Assembly (NCBI GenBank): GCA_965249575.1
Contig: OZ252244.1
Location: 224,001-288,000 of the forward strand
DNA: 64,000 nt
Direction: 5' to 3'
Origin: Gemmatimonadales bacterium
GTDB lineage: Bacteria; Gemmatimonadota; Gemmatimonadetes; Gemmatimonadales; GWC2-71-9
Part shown: piece after piece, positions 1 to 10,566 of the stretch
Layout: each line of letters begins with the position of its first letter
Numbering within the stretch: the stretch's first letter is position 1
Position numbers and translations under genes: made by a program
The notes under the pieces: generated by a model
The model's input: only the letters and a program-made list of their open reading frames with translations
What the model was told of the DNA's origin: nothing
The model's database searches: none

Positions 1-244
1 GAGCGAGGGTGAGCGAATAGAGGTCGAACGACATCGCGGCTTCTTGATGGCGTGCTCAGAAGGGTACGTCTTCCTGGCTTGATGTCCAGCCACGCAGGCG
101 CGATCGGCGAGAATGATCAGCGGCCTTTGATCGGCCCGTGGATGGGAGCAAAGCTCGTAGTGGATTTCGCACTCGCGAACACGATGAAACCCGCACGCAT
201 CTCGCCCCGTAGAAGATCTATCATGCAGTCCCGGAGGCAACATC

Positions 245-682
245 ATGCGACTTACCGTGCTCGTCCCCCTCGTTGGCTTGGTCATCTCCCCAGCGTTCGC
301 CCAAGGCCAGGATATCGACCACGACACTGGCGCCGTCCGGGAGGTTATCGAGCACGCCTACGTGATGGGCATCTTCTCCAATCGCGATCCGGCCGCCGTG
401 CGCGCCGGATTCCACCCCTCCTTCGTGATGTCAGTTCTGGACGGCGACAGTACGATCGTCGCCCCTCTCGAAGTGTGGCTCGGGCGATTGCAGCTGAATG
501 GCGAGCCGAGCTCAGACTCGGTTAAGCACGTCTTCGAGCGCGTGGACGTGACGGCTAATACGGCGGTCGCGAAACTCCAGCTGTGGATCAACGGCCACCA
601 CACCTACACCGACTATCTCGGCCTGTATCGATTCACCGATGGCTGGAAGATCGTGACGAAGGTGTTCGCTTCGCACGACTGA
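245..682 (+). CDS. Secreted NTF2-like/SnoaL (lumazine-binding-like) protein
   Basis: Signal peptide ending AFA-Q; C-terminal TAVAKL...YTDYLGLYRFTDGWKIVTKVF is typical of this family. Confidence 0.75.
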   Translation: MRLTVLVPLVGLVISPAFAQGQDIDHDTGAVREVIEHAYVMGIFSNRDPAAVRAGFHPSFVMSVLDGDSTIVAPLEVWLGRLQLNGEPSSDSVKHVFERVDVTANTAVAKLQLWINGHHTYTDYLGLYRFTDGWKIVTKVFASHD

Positions 683-882
683 GGCGCGCAGGAGGCTTAA
701 GCGTCACGAGGCCCAGCGATAGCTCACCAGGCCCCTCTGTTCCCGCCAAGACCTGCCATATGGAGGCGCCAAGCCCCCAGCGCGGGCCCGAACCCTGGGA
801 GATATACTTCGGGAACGGCCACTGGGGTCTCACGCGGGGATCTGAGTGGGATTCGGCTGCCCCTCGAGACCGGGAGAACGCA

Positions 883-3075
883 ATGACCACGAGCGGCGTT
901 GTCGCGCGCGCGAGAACCACCGTCCTCGCCACCCTCGTCTGCGCGATCCACGTCGCCCTGCCCCCGGTGACCTCCGCTCAAGACAACCCGTTCGGCAAAC
1001 ACACCTACGAGCACACCGTCCGCACGGCCGACTGGCTCTCCTCGATGCAGCCCGCGACCACCTGGGAAACGCCCGCGCACGGGGAGGCGGCGGATTTCCT
1101 CGAGTTCATCTCGGACAACCGGCTGCTGGTGGGTGTCATCGACGTGAATCGCCACGCCGCTCCGGGGCACAGCAAACTGTATCTCGTCGACGCAAACACC
1201 GGATCGCTGCTGTGGGAGTACGAGCGAGACAACCTCTCCGGCGGCTCCTATAGCCTCCTCCTCACCGAGCCCCACCTGCTCCTCCTGGGCGCCGATTCGC
1301 GATCAGCTCGCTTCGACGCGCTCGACCAGGCATCGGGACGGGAGGTATGGGACCTGAAGGTCGACGCGCCATACAGCGTGGCGATAGCGCTGGAGCAGCA
1401 ACGGCTGCTGGTGCTCTTCCGAGACGGATCCCGTTGGAAGCTCAGGGCGGTCGACATTGAGCGCGGCAAACAGGCGTGGGAGCTGTCGCTCGACGAGAGC
1501 TTGGCCACCAAGTCGACGCCGGCATCCGTCACCGTGGCCGCAGGCTCCGCCTACGTGCTCGGCCGGGCCATCGTCGAGGTGAGCATCGCCGACGGCAGCG
1601 TCACTCGCACCATCGATGCGGCACCCCTGGCAGCCGACGGCGGCACCGCCCTCTCACTCGAGGACGGAATGCTCGCATGGGACGCCGGCTCGGTGAGCTA
1701 CGTCGACCGGGCATCCGGCACCGCACGCTGGACCTCGACGGCCGATGCCCCAATCCAGTCGGTCGTCGTGGCGGGTGGTCACATCGTGCAGGCGTCCGGC
1801 GAGGACGTGGAGCACACGGTATTGAGCCTGCTCGACCCCGCCAGCGGACGCGCGCGTTGGACGTACGAGGTTGCGGGGCCCGTCCTGAGCCCTTTGGCAA
1901 GCGATGCCGGGCTGCTCCTGTTCACGACCGACTCGGCCCTCGTCGGGATCGATACCACCGAGGGCCACGCGGCGTTCGTCAGCGATTTCCCGGACGAGAT
2001 GGCAGCCGGGAGTCCCTCACACGCCGAAATGATGGGATTGCCGGATGTGCTGCGCAGCGAGGCCGGGCGACTGTTCGTGTCGCGAGAGCGAGCGGGCCTC
2101 TCCGCATTCGACGTCCCTACGGGGACGCTGGACTGGTACCAACGGCACTACGACGCCAACCTTCCGGCGCTCAATTACACGGCGGACGGACGCTACGCCT
2201 ACGTGTACCAGACGCTATTCGCAACGGGGCGCATGGAAGCCGGTGGACAGGTCACGCCACCTGCCAGTCTCGCCGCAGTGAATCGGTCCACCAGTTCGTC
2301 GCCTCTCCTCGCCACCGCCCAGCGCGACTACAGCGCAGCCCGCTCTCGATACGACGCGCTCCAGCGCGATCCGAGCCCGACTGCCGGTGAGCGGCGCGGC
2401 GCGGTCGAGGGCGTGCGACTCGCTGCGGAGGGACAACTCGCCGCGACCAACATGGATATCGCGATCGGCCGCTTCAACGCTGGAATGGGATTGGTGAACT
2501 CGCTCGTTGGACTCGCCGACGCGGTCGGGCAGATGGTGCAGCGTAAGGGTCAGCAGGGGCTGATCGATCGTGCTCAGCTCTCCATGCAGGGTGCGATGCT
2601 CGCCCAGCATCGGTTGTTCCAGAGCGGCCGCTACCTGCGGCCCTTCTACCTGGTGGGTCGCGGCCGCGGCGTCACGGTGGTGCAGACCGTCAGTGGCCGG
2701 AGACGCGATCTCATCTTCTCACCCCACAGCGCGCCGTCGATTGGGTACGGCCTGGACATGCCCACCTTCGCCGTGAGCCCGGCCGGGGACCGGCTCGTCG
2801 CGTTCGGTATCAGCCTCCACTCTGAGCGGTATGAGCGGCGCGGCAAGTGGAACACGCACCTTCCCAACTACTCGATCTTGAGCTACGACCTGGACAACCT
2901 CAAGTTCGTCGATCATGCGACGGTGTTCGCGTCCGTCATCGATGCGGTGGTTGCCAGCGACAGCACACTCGTCGCGTGGCTGCTCGAGCGCGGCGGTGAC
3001 GCATCTGAACGCCGGGCTCTGTGGTTTGGTCGAGCAGCAGTAAGCCCGACCCATCCGCACCCGCACCCAGTTTGA
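883..3075 (+). CDS. Secreted PQQ-like beta-propeller repeat protein (BamB-like repeats), C-terminus probably truncated
   Basis: ATG at 883 after GGGAG; signal-like N-terminus; repeated LDxxSGxxxW blades (DANTGSLLW, DQASGREVW, DIERGKQAW, DPASGRARW). Confidence 0.75.
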   Translation: MTTSGVVARARTTVLATLVCAIHVALPPVTSAQDNPFGKHTYEHTVRTADWLSSMQPATTWETPAHGEAADFLEFISDNRLLVGVIDVNRHAAPGHSKLYLVDANTGSLLWEYERDNLSGGSYSLLLTEPHLLLLGADSRSARFDALDQASGREVWDLKVDAPYSVAIALEQQRLLVLFRDGSRWKLRAVDIERGKQAWELSLDESLATKSTPASVTVAAGSAYVLGRAIVEVSIADGSVTRTIDAAPLAADGGTALSLEDGMLAWDAGSVSYVDRASGTARWTSTADAPIQSVVVAGGHIVQASGEDVEHTVLSLLDPASGRARWTYEVAGPVLSPLASDAGLLLFTTDSALVGIDTTEGHAAFVSDFPDEMAAGSPSHAEMMGLPDVLRSEAGRLFVSRERAGLSAFDVPTGTLDWYQRHYDANLPALNYTADGRYAYVYQTLFATGRMEAGGQVTPPASLAAVNRSTSSSPLLATAQRDYSAARSRYDALQRDPSPTAGERRGAVEGVRLAAEGQLAATNMDIAIGRFNAGMGLVNSLVGLADAVGQMVQRKGQQGLIDRAQLSMQGAMLAQHRLFQSGRYLRPFYLVGRGRGVTVVQTVSGRRRDLIFSPHSAPSIGYGLDMPTFAVSPAGDRLVAFGISLHSERYERRGKWNTHLPNYSILSYDLDNLKFVDHATVFASVIDAVVASDSTLVAWLLERGGDASERRALWFGRAAVSPTHPHPHPV

Positions 3076-3307
3076 CTCGAATAGTCCCTTCCCCATCGCG
3101 CATCTGCAGGATGGCACCCCCCTCCGGACCAACGCTGATCGAAGCCCCAACCCGACCGGCGGCATCGACTAGCTCGAGGCCCCGCCCCAGGAGAATCTCG
3201 GCTTCGCCCTGTGCGAGGACCGAATTGTCACGAGTCATCACCGCAACCAGCACGACGACATTGACAACCGTGAAAACGACAGCCACGCGCTGTATTGTCG
3301 ACATCAT
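2936..3307 (-). CDS. Membrane-anchored hypothetical protein with beta-strand repeats, 3' end probably truncated
   Basis: GGAGGG RBS; N-terminal TM helix; LELVDAAGRV/LQMRDGEGTIR/LLLLDQ repeats; sequence looks non-native after PGVQM. Confidence 0.6.
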   Translation of the reverse strand: MMSTIQRVAVVFTVVNVVVLVAVMTRDNSVLAQGEAEILLGRGLELVDAAGRVGASISVGPEGGAILQMRDGEGTIRVKLGAGADGSGLLLLDQTTEPGVQMRHRRARAATRRVCCRWQPPHR

Positions 3308-3412
3308 TCCCCCTCCCTCCGAGCCCTCGGTGCCTGCGGGAAGTCACGTGAGTCGTGGAGAACACCCAAAGCCGTCCCTTACCCGCGGCAACCCGCCTGT
3401 GGACGGGTTACC

Positions 3413-3643
3413 CTAGACTGACGCCCACCGTCCCCGCTTCCGCTTCCGAATCGCCAAATCCGTTACGGCGAGTGCCGCCGTCGCCGATAGGAGCATGAGC
3501 GCGACCAACAACGCCAACAGTGCCACGTGATTGCCCTCCACAGTCGACCAAACCGCCCGGAGGACCAATACAGCCACGAGAGCGAGAAAGGTGGCGCCCA
3601 CTGCTCGTACAGCGATGCTGACGATTCGGTCGGGAGTAACCAT
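3413..3643 (-). CDS. Small two-TM membrane protein
   Basis: ATG at 3643; two hydrophobic segments and a basic tail. Confidence 0.5.
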   Translation of the reverse strand: MVTPDRIVSIAVRAVGATFLALVAVLVLRAVWSTVEGNHVALLALLVALMLLSATAALAVTDLAIRKRKRGRWASV

Positions 3644-3665
3644 CAGATCACCGGGCCAGCTTGGC

Positions 3666-4211
3666 TCACCGCCCGCGAGGGCGACGACGCAACACGAGAT
3701 ACGCGACGATCGTGGTGACAATCGAGAGCAGGACGAGCACGACGAGGCCAAACTTCAGTCCGGTCACGAAGGGAAGTGCAGCCGTGGTCATCGACGCCTC
3801 GGGATACCGAACGATCGCCGTCCACAGCACCACGTCTTCGAGTACGTCGGCCGCCGCCATCGCTGGCGGGATTCCCAACGTCCAACGCCAGGCGGTTGCC
3901 TCCAGACCGGCGCGCTTCAACAGCCACGCCAGGAAGAGCGTCGTGGCGACGGCAAGGATGACCGGATTCACCACGTCCCAGAATTGAAAGCGGCCATAGA
4001 GTGCGCGCTCCGTCTGATCCAGGTTGGTGAGGAACGAGCGTAACTCGGCTGACGTCGTGACGGTCTCTTCGGGAAGCGGGCGCCCCCCTGTGACCTCCTT
4101 GAGCGTCGCGTATGGCCCGAGTTGAAACAACAGTGGACTGCCTATCGCCAACACACCGACCGCGATCAGCACCCGCCACCCCGTCGCCAAGCAGATCGCG
4201 AGCTGGATCAA
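3666..4211 (-). CDS. Hypothetical 4-TM membrane protein
   Basis: TTG start after GAGGGG; ADVLED motif and several TM helices. Confidence 0.6.
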   Translation of the reverse strand: MIQLAICLATGWRVLIAVGVLAIGSPLLFQLGPYATLKEVTGGRPLPEETVTTSAELRSFLTNLDQTERALYGRFQFWDVVNPVILAVATTLFLAWLLKRAGLEATAWRWTLGIPPAMAAADVLEDVVLWTAIVRYPEASMTTAALPFVTGLKFGLVVLVLLSIVTTIVAYLVLRRRPRGR

Positions 4212-4252
4212 GGTGTCCCCTCTAGACGCGAGTGCTGATAACCCACAGGCGG

Positions 4253-4876
4253 TCAGGCCTCGGCCCGCGACGCGATCGACACCGGCACCGGTAACGTCCC
4301 GCGCCTCCGCATCAATCCCGCCAGGAGCACGCCATACCCTATCCACATGCAGGACAGCAGCGACGCAAAGACAAGCAGCGGTACGGTGGCGAGCATGCTC
4401 AAATCGTCACGTGCGGCGAGGTAAAACGGATACCAGAACCAGAGCGCCAGGGCCGTGCCACCCACCCGGCCCGGTGCGACCCGGGAGCTTGGCACCGATT
4501 TCCACAGGACGGTCAAGAGCGCCCCATACGATCCCCCGAGTACTGTACCGATGATCAGGAGTCCAACCGTCCCAGGTATGGAAAAAGTCGCAGGCACACC
4601 CGCAGCGAGCGCCACCAACCGCATCCCGATGCGTAGTCCGAGCCCGAGGGCCAATCCAGCTAGCAAACCAGGCACGATTCCAGGGAGGATGGTTCGAAAC
4701 CAATTGACTGGCCGGCGCGGCTCCTCCACAGCCAGAAGGGCAACAGCCAATGGGATCGGCCCTAGAAGCGTTATCCCGATGTCATTTAAATCGCTGGAGA
4801 ACTCGAGGCGGAGCAGGACGATCCACGCTACGTATGCTACGATGAGTATGCCAGCCTTCAGGACGTTCGAGCCCAC
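4253..4876 (-). CDS. Hypothetical multi-pass membrane protein
   Basis: About 6 hydrophobic Gly-rich helices; start codon uncertain. Confidence 0.55.
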   Translation of the reverse strand: MGSNVLKAGILIVAYVAWIVLLRLEFSSDLNDIGITLLGPIPLAVALLAVEEPRRPVNWFRTILPGIVPGLLAGLALGLGLRIGMRLVALAAGVPATFSIPGTVGLLIIGTVLGGSYGALLTVLWKSVPSSRVAPGRVGGTALALWFWYPFYLAARDDLSMLATVPLLVFASLLSCMWIGYGVLLAGLMRRRGTLPVPVSIASRAEA

Positions 4877-4968
4877 GTTAGTCTCTGGCGTTAGCGGTCG
4901 TAGCCGCCCTTGGCGCGGCTCGTCTCATACTGAGGGAGTAGAGCCGCGAGGGCAAGTTGCTGAGAATC

Positions 4969-5793
4969 TCACCGCGCCCGCTGGTACTCGGTGAATCGTC
5001 CGATGGACCGAAACCCCAGCCGGCGGTACACGCGTTCGCCATCCGACGATGCCTGAAGCACCGCGACCGCTGCGCCTCGCTGCTCGGCCTGCCGGAGTAC
5101 GTAATCCGTCATCGCACCGCCCAGGCCCCGCCCTCGGTACGCGGCCAACGTGGCCACCGAATACAGCCCGGCAGCATCACGGGAGAGGCATACCTCCGCC
5201 GTCGCGACTGGCACACTTCCAAGCAACCCGATCGCGAAAACCACCGGGGCGTCCTTTCTAAAGAGCCGCCCGGCCGTGGCACGGTAGAAGCGGCCAATGC
5301 ACGAATCGGGGGGATCCCAGTTTGCAGCGAGGACCTGAGCGAACGCGTCCAGGTCCGCGTCGTCACGCACCACCTTCATCTCGAGATCCGCGAGGGGCGC
5401 GGGGCGGGCCAGCAATGTGGCCAAGTCCCGGACCATCGCCGTCTCGTGCTCCGATGGTGAGAGCCCAGCCTGTTGCAAGAGGGTCGGGAGCTCCGCCGGG
5501 GTGTCTCCGGGCCCGTGCCACCACGAAAACGGGCGGCCGTGGGTCTCGAAGTGCTCGATCACAGCCGCGATACGGTTTGCCGCCCGCGACGGCTCGAGCC
5601 GAGCACGGCATACGACGTTGAAGGTGTCCGTCGGGAGACCGGAGTCCACCAGCACGAGGTCGGGTCGATCCTCCACACGCATTCCCGGCTGCCCGGTCGG
5701 CAGCCAGCCGACGTGAAGCGCGAAGTTGTCATCCAGCCGGTCGAGCTGAGACGCTCGGTCGCTGAGTCTCCCAGGTTCTCCCGCCGCGCTCAT
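4969..5793 (-). CDS. GNAT family N-acetyltransferase
   Basis: VATLAAYRGRGLG acetyl-CoA motif, LQAS..G.RVYRRLGF; 4-nt overlap with the upstream peptidase. Confidence 0.9.
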   Translation of the reverse strand: MSAAGEPGRLSDRASQLDRLDDNFALHVGWLPTGQPGMRVEDRPDLVLVDSGLPTDTFNVVCRARLEPSRAANRIAAVIEHFETHGRPFSWWHGPGDTPAELPTLLQQAGLSPSEHETAMVRDLATLLARPAPLADLEMKVVRDDADLDAFAQVLAANWDPPDSCIGRFYRATAGRLFRKDAPVVFAIGLLGSVPVATAEVCLSRDAAGLYSVATLAAYRGRGLGGAMTDYVLRQAEQRGAAVAVLQASSDGERVYRRLGFRSIGRFTEYQRAR

Positions 5794-7062
5794 CGCGACA
5801 CAGGCGCCAGTCGGTTGTACTTCAAGAGCACTTCCACGAGGCGATCGTGTGGCAAGGCGGTCACGCGCACGTCGTCAACACCGACCATCGTCTCCGCCGC
5901 GATGAGCGCGTTCAGAATCGCCTCCTCGGTGGCCTGGACGGTGGCGTCGAATAGCGGATTGATTCGGTCGTTCGGTAGCATGGTGACGGAAGCCAGCCCG
6001 CTCCGCCTCGCGGCCTCTGGGTTGGCAGTCGAGAAGGCAAGAAAAATATCGCCCGAAGAGTTCTCACCCAGGCCGCCCATCTTGCCGACAGCGAGAGCCG
6101 CTCGCTTGGCCACGCGCTTCAGCTGGTGGGGCAGTAGGGGCGCATCCGTCGCCACGATGATGATGATCGAGCCCGATCCATCCAAACCGGGTGCGTCCTC
6201 TTCCGACGGCCCAGTCGGCGCCGAATCCGCTCGCGCGCCGCAGGTCGGGATCCCACCATAACGGGCTCTCGCGGGAGGCTGACGTGACTCGTAGCAAGAT
6301 TCGAAGATCTGAGATCTCTCGTCCGACTGGGACGCCATCCACGCGAAACAGGCGGCGGCTTCCGTAGTTGCATTGTACCAGTACTCCGACGGCGTACCCA
6401 CCCGCCCGCGCGTGGAGGGTTCTCGAGGCGGTGCCGATGCCACCTTTGAACCCCTGACCGATCATGCCGGTCCCCCCGCCCACGTTCCCCTCCTCGACGC
6501 GGCCGGATGAAGCGCCATCGAGGGCGGCGTAGACGTGCTCCGGCTTGACGTGAAACCCCTTGTCGTCGTTCAGCAAGCCGTCGAACGTCTCGGCGACGAC
6601 GGGAAGAGCAAAGGAGGGTGCTCGACCGTTCCTCGCCATCCAGTCGACGGTGGCATCCCGCACGACGCCCACGCTGTGCGTGTTGGTGATGAGAACGGGA
6701 CTCTCGAGCATGCCGGATTCTTCGATCCACGTCGTCCCGGTCATCTCGCCGTTGCCGTTGAGTGTAAACCATCCAGCAAACGCGGTGTCGGAACCGGCCC
6801 TGCCCCTCGGGAAGATGGCGGTGATCCCGGTGCGCACGGGACCGCTTCCCTGCACCAGGCGGCCGGCGCCCTGAATGAGCGTCGTGTGGACGACCTCGAC
6901 GCCTGCGACATCGGTGATGGCGTTGAGGAGTCCCGGCGTGCCGTCGAGCTGGATGCCGAGATCACGGGCGCGAGGGTTCTCTTGAGCCCACGACGCCGCC
7001 GACGCCGCGCAGAGACAAAGAAATACTCGAGCGGCGCCGGCGATCGTTGAGCGAGTGGACAT
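5790..7062 (-). pseudogene. dmpA: DmpA-like P1/S58 family aminopeptidase, frameshifted near 6300
   Basis: NAITDVAGVEV, LNGNGEMTG and EGNVGGGTGM lie in one frame; the autocleavage G/SIIIIVATDAP and SGDIFLAFST lie in another. Confidence 0.85.
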
Positions 7063-7516
7063 CTCGTAACCCCAGGTTGTGGGTCTGTGGCGGAGCGTTC
7101 GCGCGGCCACCGGACAGCCGCGCTGCCGCGGGGTGGAGACTTGCCGTCAGGATCGCGGATCGTCAACCTTTCCAGGCGCTTCGCAGATCAACTCCCTCTC
7201 AACGCTGGCCCGACGCTCATACCGCACCTGGCGTGCTCGTCCGTCGGCTCCACTGGGTACCGCATTTCGCCAGATTCCCGCTGCGCCTTTACATGCATTA
7301 CGGAGCAAATCACGCCGTAGCTCATCGCCTCCACAATCACCCCTCCGGCTAAAGACACCGTGCCTGCGCCCACCGCTTTTCTCGGCCCTCCCAGTCTTGC
7401 GAAGCGCAATGGTTAGCGTTGGATTAGAGAACTCACATCCGGGACCTTTGAACAACGTTTGGCGGTATCGTGCGTAGGCGATCTTGCCGGCATCGGCCAC
7501 TTGAGGACACTCGACG

Positions 7517-8668
7517 ATGGATTTTTCATGGACAGCGGAGCAAGTCGCGCTGAAGGACAAGGTCATCGCATTTGCACGCGAATCGTTGAGCGATCGAGTC
7601 CTCGAGCGCGATACCGAGGGTGAGTTTCCGCATGTCGGTTGGCGGAAATGCGCAGAGTTCGGCATTCAGAGCATGGCGATCCCGGCCGAGTTCAACTCGT
7701 CGGGAGTCGACACGGATTTACTGTCCGCGACGCTCGCCATGGAGGCGCTGGGCTACGGGTGTCGGGACAATGGCCTGACGTTCGCGCTCAACACGCAGAT
7801 GTGGACGGTGCAGTACCCGATTCACCGATTTGGAACGGACGCGCAGAAGCGGGAGTACCTGCCAAAGATGTGCGCGGGCGAGCTCATTGGTGCACACGCG
7901 ATCACCGAACGGGAATCGGGCTCCGATGTTTTCGCCCTGCAGACACACGCTAAACGGGTCGACGGCGGGTATCTCCTCAACGGGACAAAGCGTTTCGTTT
8001 CGCTCGGACCTATCGCGGATCTCGCACTGATGTTCGTGACGCTGGACCCTTCGAAAGCGAAGTGGGGTGTCACCGCGCTCCTCGTGCCGACGGACTCGCC
8101 CGGTTTAAAGGTGAGCGCCCCGCAGCAGAAGATGGGTCTTGGCACCGTGCCGATGGGGGACATCGTCGTGACGGACTGCTTTGTCGCGGAGGCGAATCGT
8201 CTCGGACCTGAGGGCGCCGGGGCAAGCATCTCTACAAGCTGTCTTGGCGTCGAGCGATGCTTCATTCTCGCTAGTCACCTCGGCGCCATGGAACATCAAC
8301 TCGAGAACGCGATTCACTACGCTCGAACCCGGCGGCAATTTGGTCAGCCAATCGGGAAGTTTCAGTCTGTCTCAAATCGAGTAGCCGACATGAAGCTCCG
8401 CCTGGAGACCGCCCGGCTGCTGTTATACCAAGTCGCCTGGTTGAGCCAGCAGAACAAATCGGTCATGCTGGAATCCGCGCTTCTGAAGCTTCACTTGAGC
8501 GAGAGCTTCGTCGCTTCGAGTATGGACGCGCTGCGGATTCACGGTGGCAACGGGTACCTCAGAGAATTCGAAGTAGAACGTGATCTGCGCGACTCGATCG
8601 GAGGTGTGTTGTACGCAGGGACGACTGACATCCAGCGGGTCCTGATCGCACGCATACTCGGACTATGA
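7517..8668 (+). CDS. Acyl-CoA dehydrogenase family, L-prolyl-[PCP] dehydrogenase type (PltE/RedW/AnaB-like)
   Basis: MDFSW..WRKCAEFG, LGYGCRDNGLTFALN, RRQFGQPIGKFQSV, IHGGNGY; adjacent to a stand-alone A domain and carrier protein. Confidence 0.85.
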   Translation: MDFSWTAEQVALKDKVIAFARESLSDRVLERDTEGEFPHVGWRKCAEFGIQSMAIPAEFNSSGVDTDLLSATLAMEALGYGCRDNGLTFALNTQMWTVQYPIHRFGTDAQKREYLPKMCAGELIGAHAITERESGSDVFALQTHAKRVDGGYLLNGTKRFVSLGPIADLALMFVTLDPSKAKWGVTALLVPTDSPGLKVSAPQQKMGLGTVPMGDIVVTDCFVAEANRLGPEGAGASISTSCLGVERCFILASHLGAMEHQLENAIHYARTRRQFGQPIGKFQSVSNRVADMKLRLETARLLLYQVAWLSQQNKSVMLESALLKLHLSESFVASSMDALRIHGGNGYLREFEVERDLRDSIGGVLYAGTTDIQRVLIARILGL

Positions 8669-8678
8669 GCCGCCAATC

Positions 8679-10304
8679 GTGCTGTACTTGATGCATCAGA
8701 TGATCACGCGCGCCGCGGAGGCCGCTCCCGACCGCGAGGCTTTTCGCATGTCGGGTTCCGGGCTCACGTACGGGGACCTGGAGCGCCGCTCCAATCAACT
8801 GGCTCGGGTCCTCCAAGAGCGGGGGGTATGCCGCGGGGACCGGGTGGGTATCTACGCGGGTAAGTCGCTCGAGCTGGCTGTGGCCATCTACGGAATCATG
8901 AAGGCCGGCGCTGCGTATGTGCCGATGAATCCCGAGTCCCCGGTCTCACAGTCGCGCAAGATCATCGTCGATTGCGACATCCGGCATCTCATCGGCGATC
9001 GATCGAAGGTCTCCGCCGTCAGGTGTTTGGCCGAGGAAACGAATCTGCACTGCTGCGTGGGGATCCCCGCAGAGCAGGACATTGGTTTGGCATGCCTGGG
9101 ATGGGAAGAAGTTGAAGCGGCAAGCGAGCAGCCCACGCGCGTCGACCTCACCGAACACGATCTGGCGTACGTCATCTACACGTCCGGTTCCACGGGGAAC
9201 CCTAAGGGCATCATGCACACGCACCGCAGCGGCTTGAGCTGGGCGGAGGTGTCGGCGCGAACGTATGGATTCGAGCCGACTGACCGCATCAGCAATTACG
9301 CGCCGCTACATTTTGATCTCTCCACCCTGGACTTGTTCGCGACGGCGGTGGTCGAAGCCACCACGGTCATCATTCCGGAACAACACACCAAGTTCCCGGC
9401 GAGCCTCGCGCAATTGTTGGAAAAGGAACAGGTCACGGTAATTTATGCGGTCCCGTTCGCGCTGATTCAACTGGCGCTTCGGGGTGCGATTCCAACCCGG
9501 GACCTGTCCGCGCTTCGCTGGGTTTTGTTCGGCGGCGAGCCCTTTCCGGTCAAACACCTGCGTGCGTTGATGCGATTGCTCCCCACGGCGCAGTTTTCGA
9601 ACGTGTACGGCCCGACCGAAACCAACGGCTGCACCTACTTTACAGTCCGCTCGCACCCGTCTGATTCCGAAGGTCCGATTCCAATCGGCCGCCCGTATGA
9701 CAACGTCGAGGCGTTGATCGTGGACGAAGACGACCGCCCGGTAGCACCGGGAGAAACCGGTGAGTTGCTGATCCGGAGCCCCACCCGCATGCGAGGGTAT
9801 TGGGAACAACAGGAGCTCACCGCCTCCGCGACATACCACCGGCCGGCCTTGGGCGGTCAGGACGATGCCTTCCACCGCACCGGTGATCTCGTACAGCGCC
9901 AGGCTGACGGTAACTTGAAGCTCATCGGCAGAAACGACCGGCAGATCAAAACGCGCGGCTATCGAGTCGAGCTCGATGAAATCGAAGCCGCGCTTCTGAC
10001 GCACGAGACGGTGGAGGAGGCGGCGGTGTACGCAATACCCGATGGGCAGGGCAGCCAGCAGATCGAGGCGCTTGTCACCATCAAGGGCGCGACGGGCGAC
10101 ACCGCCCCGCCGCCCGAGATTGCCGATCTGCGGTCACACCTGAAAGACCACGTGCCGCGCTATGCCATACCTGCCAGAATCGACGCCATCGACGCCTTCC
10201 CTCGAACCTCGACAGGAAAGATCGATCGCCGTCGGCTGCAGCAACATGCGCTGCAGGCACTTGACCGCCCACCCCAATCGCTAACCCACCTCCATGAAGA
10301 GTAG
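8679..10304 (+). CDS. Stand-alone adenylation enzyme (PltF/RedM/AnaC-like)
   Basis: YTSGSTGNPKG, HFDLS, YGPTETN, HRTGD, TGKIDR; hand-read pocket code DLLYLGVGCK. Confidence 0.88.
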   Translation: MLYLMHQMITRAAEAAPDREAFRMSGSGLTYGDLERRSNQLARVLQERGVCRGDRVGIYAGKSLELAVAIYGIMKAGAAYVPMNPESPVSQSRKIIVDCDIRHLIGDRSKVSAVRCLAEETNLHCCVGIPAEQDIGLACLGWEEVEAASEQPTRVDLTEHDLAYVIYTSGSTGNPKGIMHTHRSGLSWAEVSARTYGFEPTDRISNYAPLHFDLSTLDLFATAVVEATTVIIPEQHTKFPASLAQLLEKEQVTVIYAVPFALIQLALRGAIPTRDLSALRWVLFGGEPFPVKHLRALMRLLPTAQFSNVYGPTETNGCTYFTVRSHPSDSEGPIPIGRPYDNVEALIVDEDDRPVAPGETGELLIRSPTRMRGYWEQQELTASATYHRPALGGQDDAFHRTGDLVQRQADGNLKLIGRNDRQIKTRGYRVELDEIEAALLTHETVEEAAVYAIPDGQGSQQIEALVTIKGATGDTAPPPEIADLRSHLKDHVPRYAIPARIDAIDAFPRTSTGKIDRRRLQQHALQALDRPPQSLTHLHEE

Positions 10305-10539
10305 GATCACGCAGTACATCAAGGAACTCGTGCTGGATCAGGGAGACGAGGTTGACATCAGCGCGGATGAGGAGCTGTTAACAGTTGGCCTCGACTCGAT
10401 TGGTTTCATGAGGTTGATCTCATTCATCGAGGATACCTTCGGGGTCGACATTCCACCCGAGGATGTAACGATCGAGAGTTTTGGGACCGTTACGAGAATC
10501 GCGACGTACCTGGAGCGGCAAAAGGAATCATCCACGTAA
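10294..10539 (+). CDS. Stand-alone peptidyl/acyl carrier protein
   Basis: 81 aa, acidic, GLDSIG phosphopantetheine motif. Confidence 0.88.
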   Translation: MKSRITQYIKELVLDQGDEVDISADEELLTVGLDSIGFMRLISFIEDTFGVDIPPEDVTIESFGTVTRIATYLERQKESST

Positions 10540-10566
10540 AGGTGACCGCTCGACGGTGCCGCGCAT

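Noticed and set aside
7517..10539. Anatoxin, prodigiosin or pyoluteorin cluster
   Set aside because: Only the proline-oxidation trio is shared; there is no PKS, halogenase or cyclase
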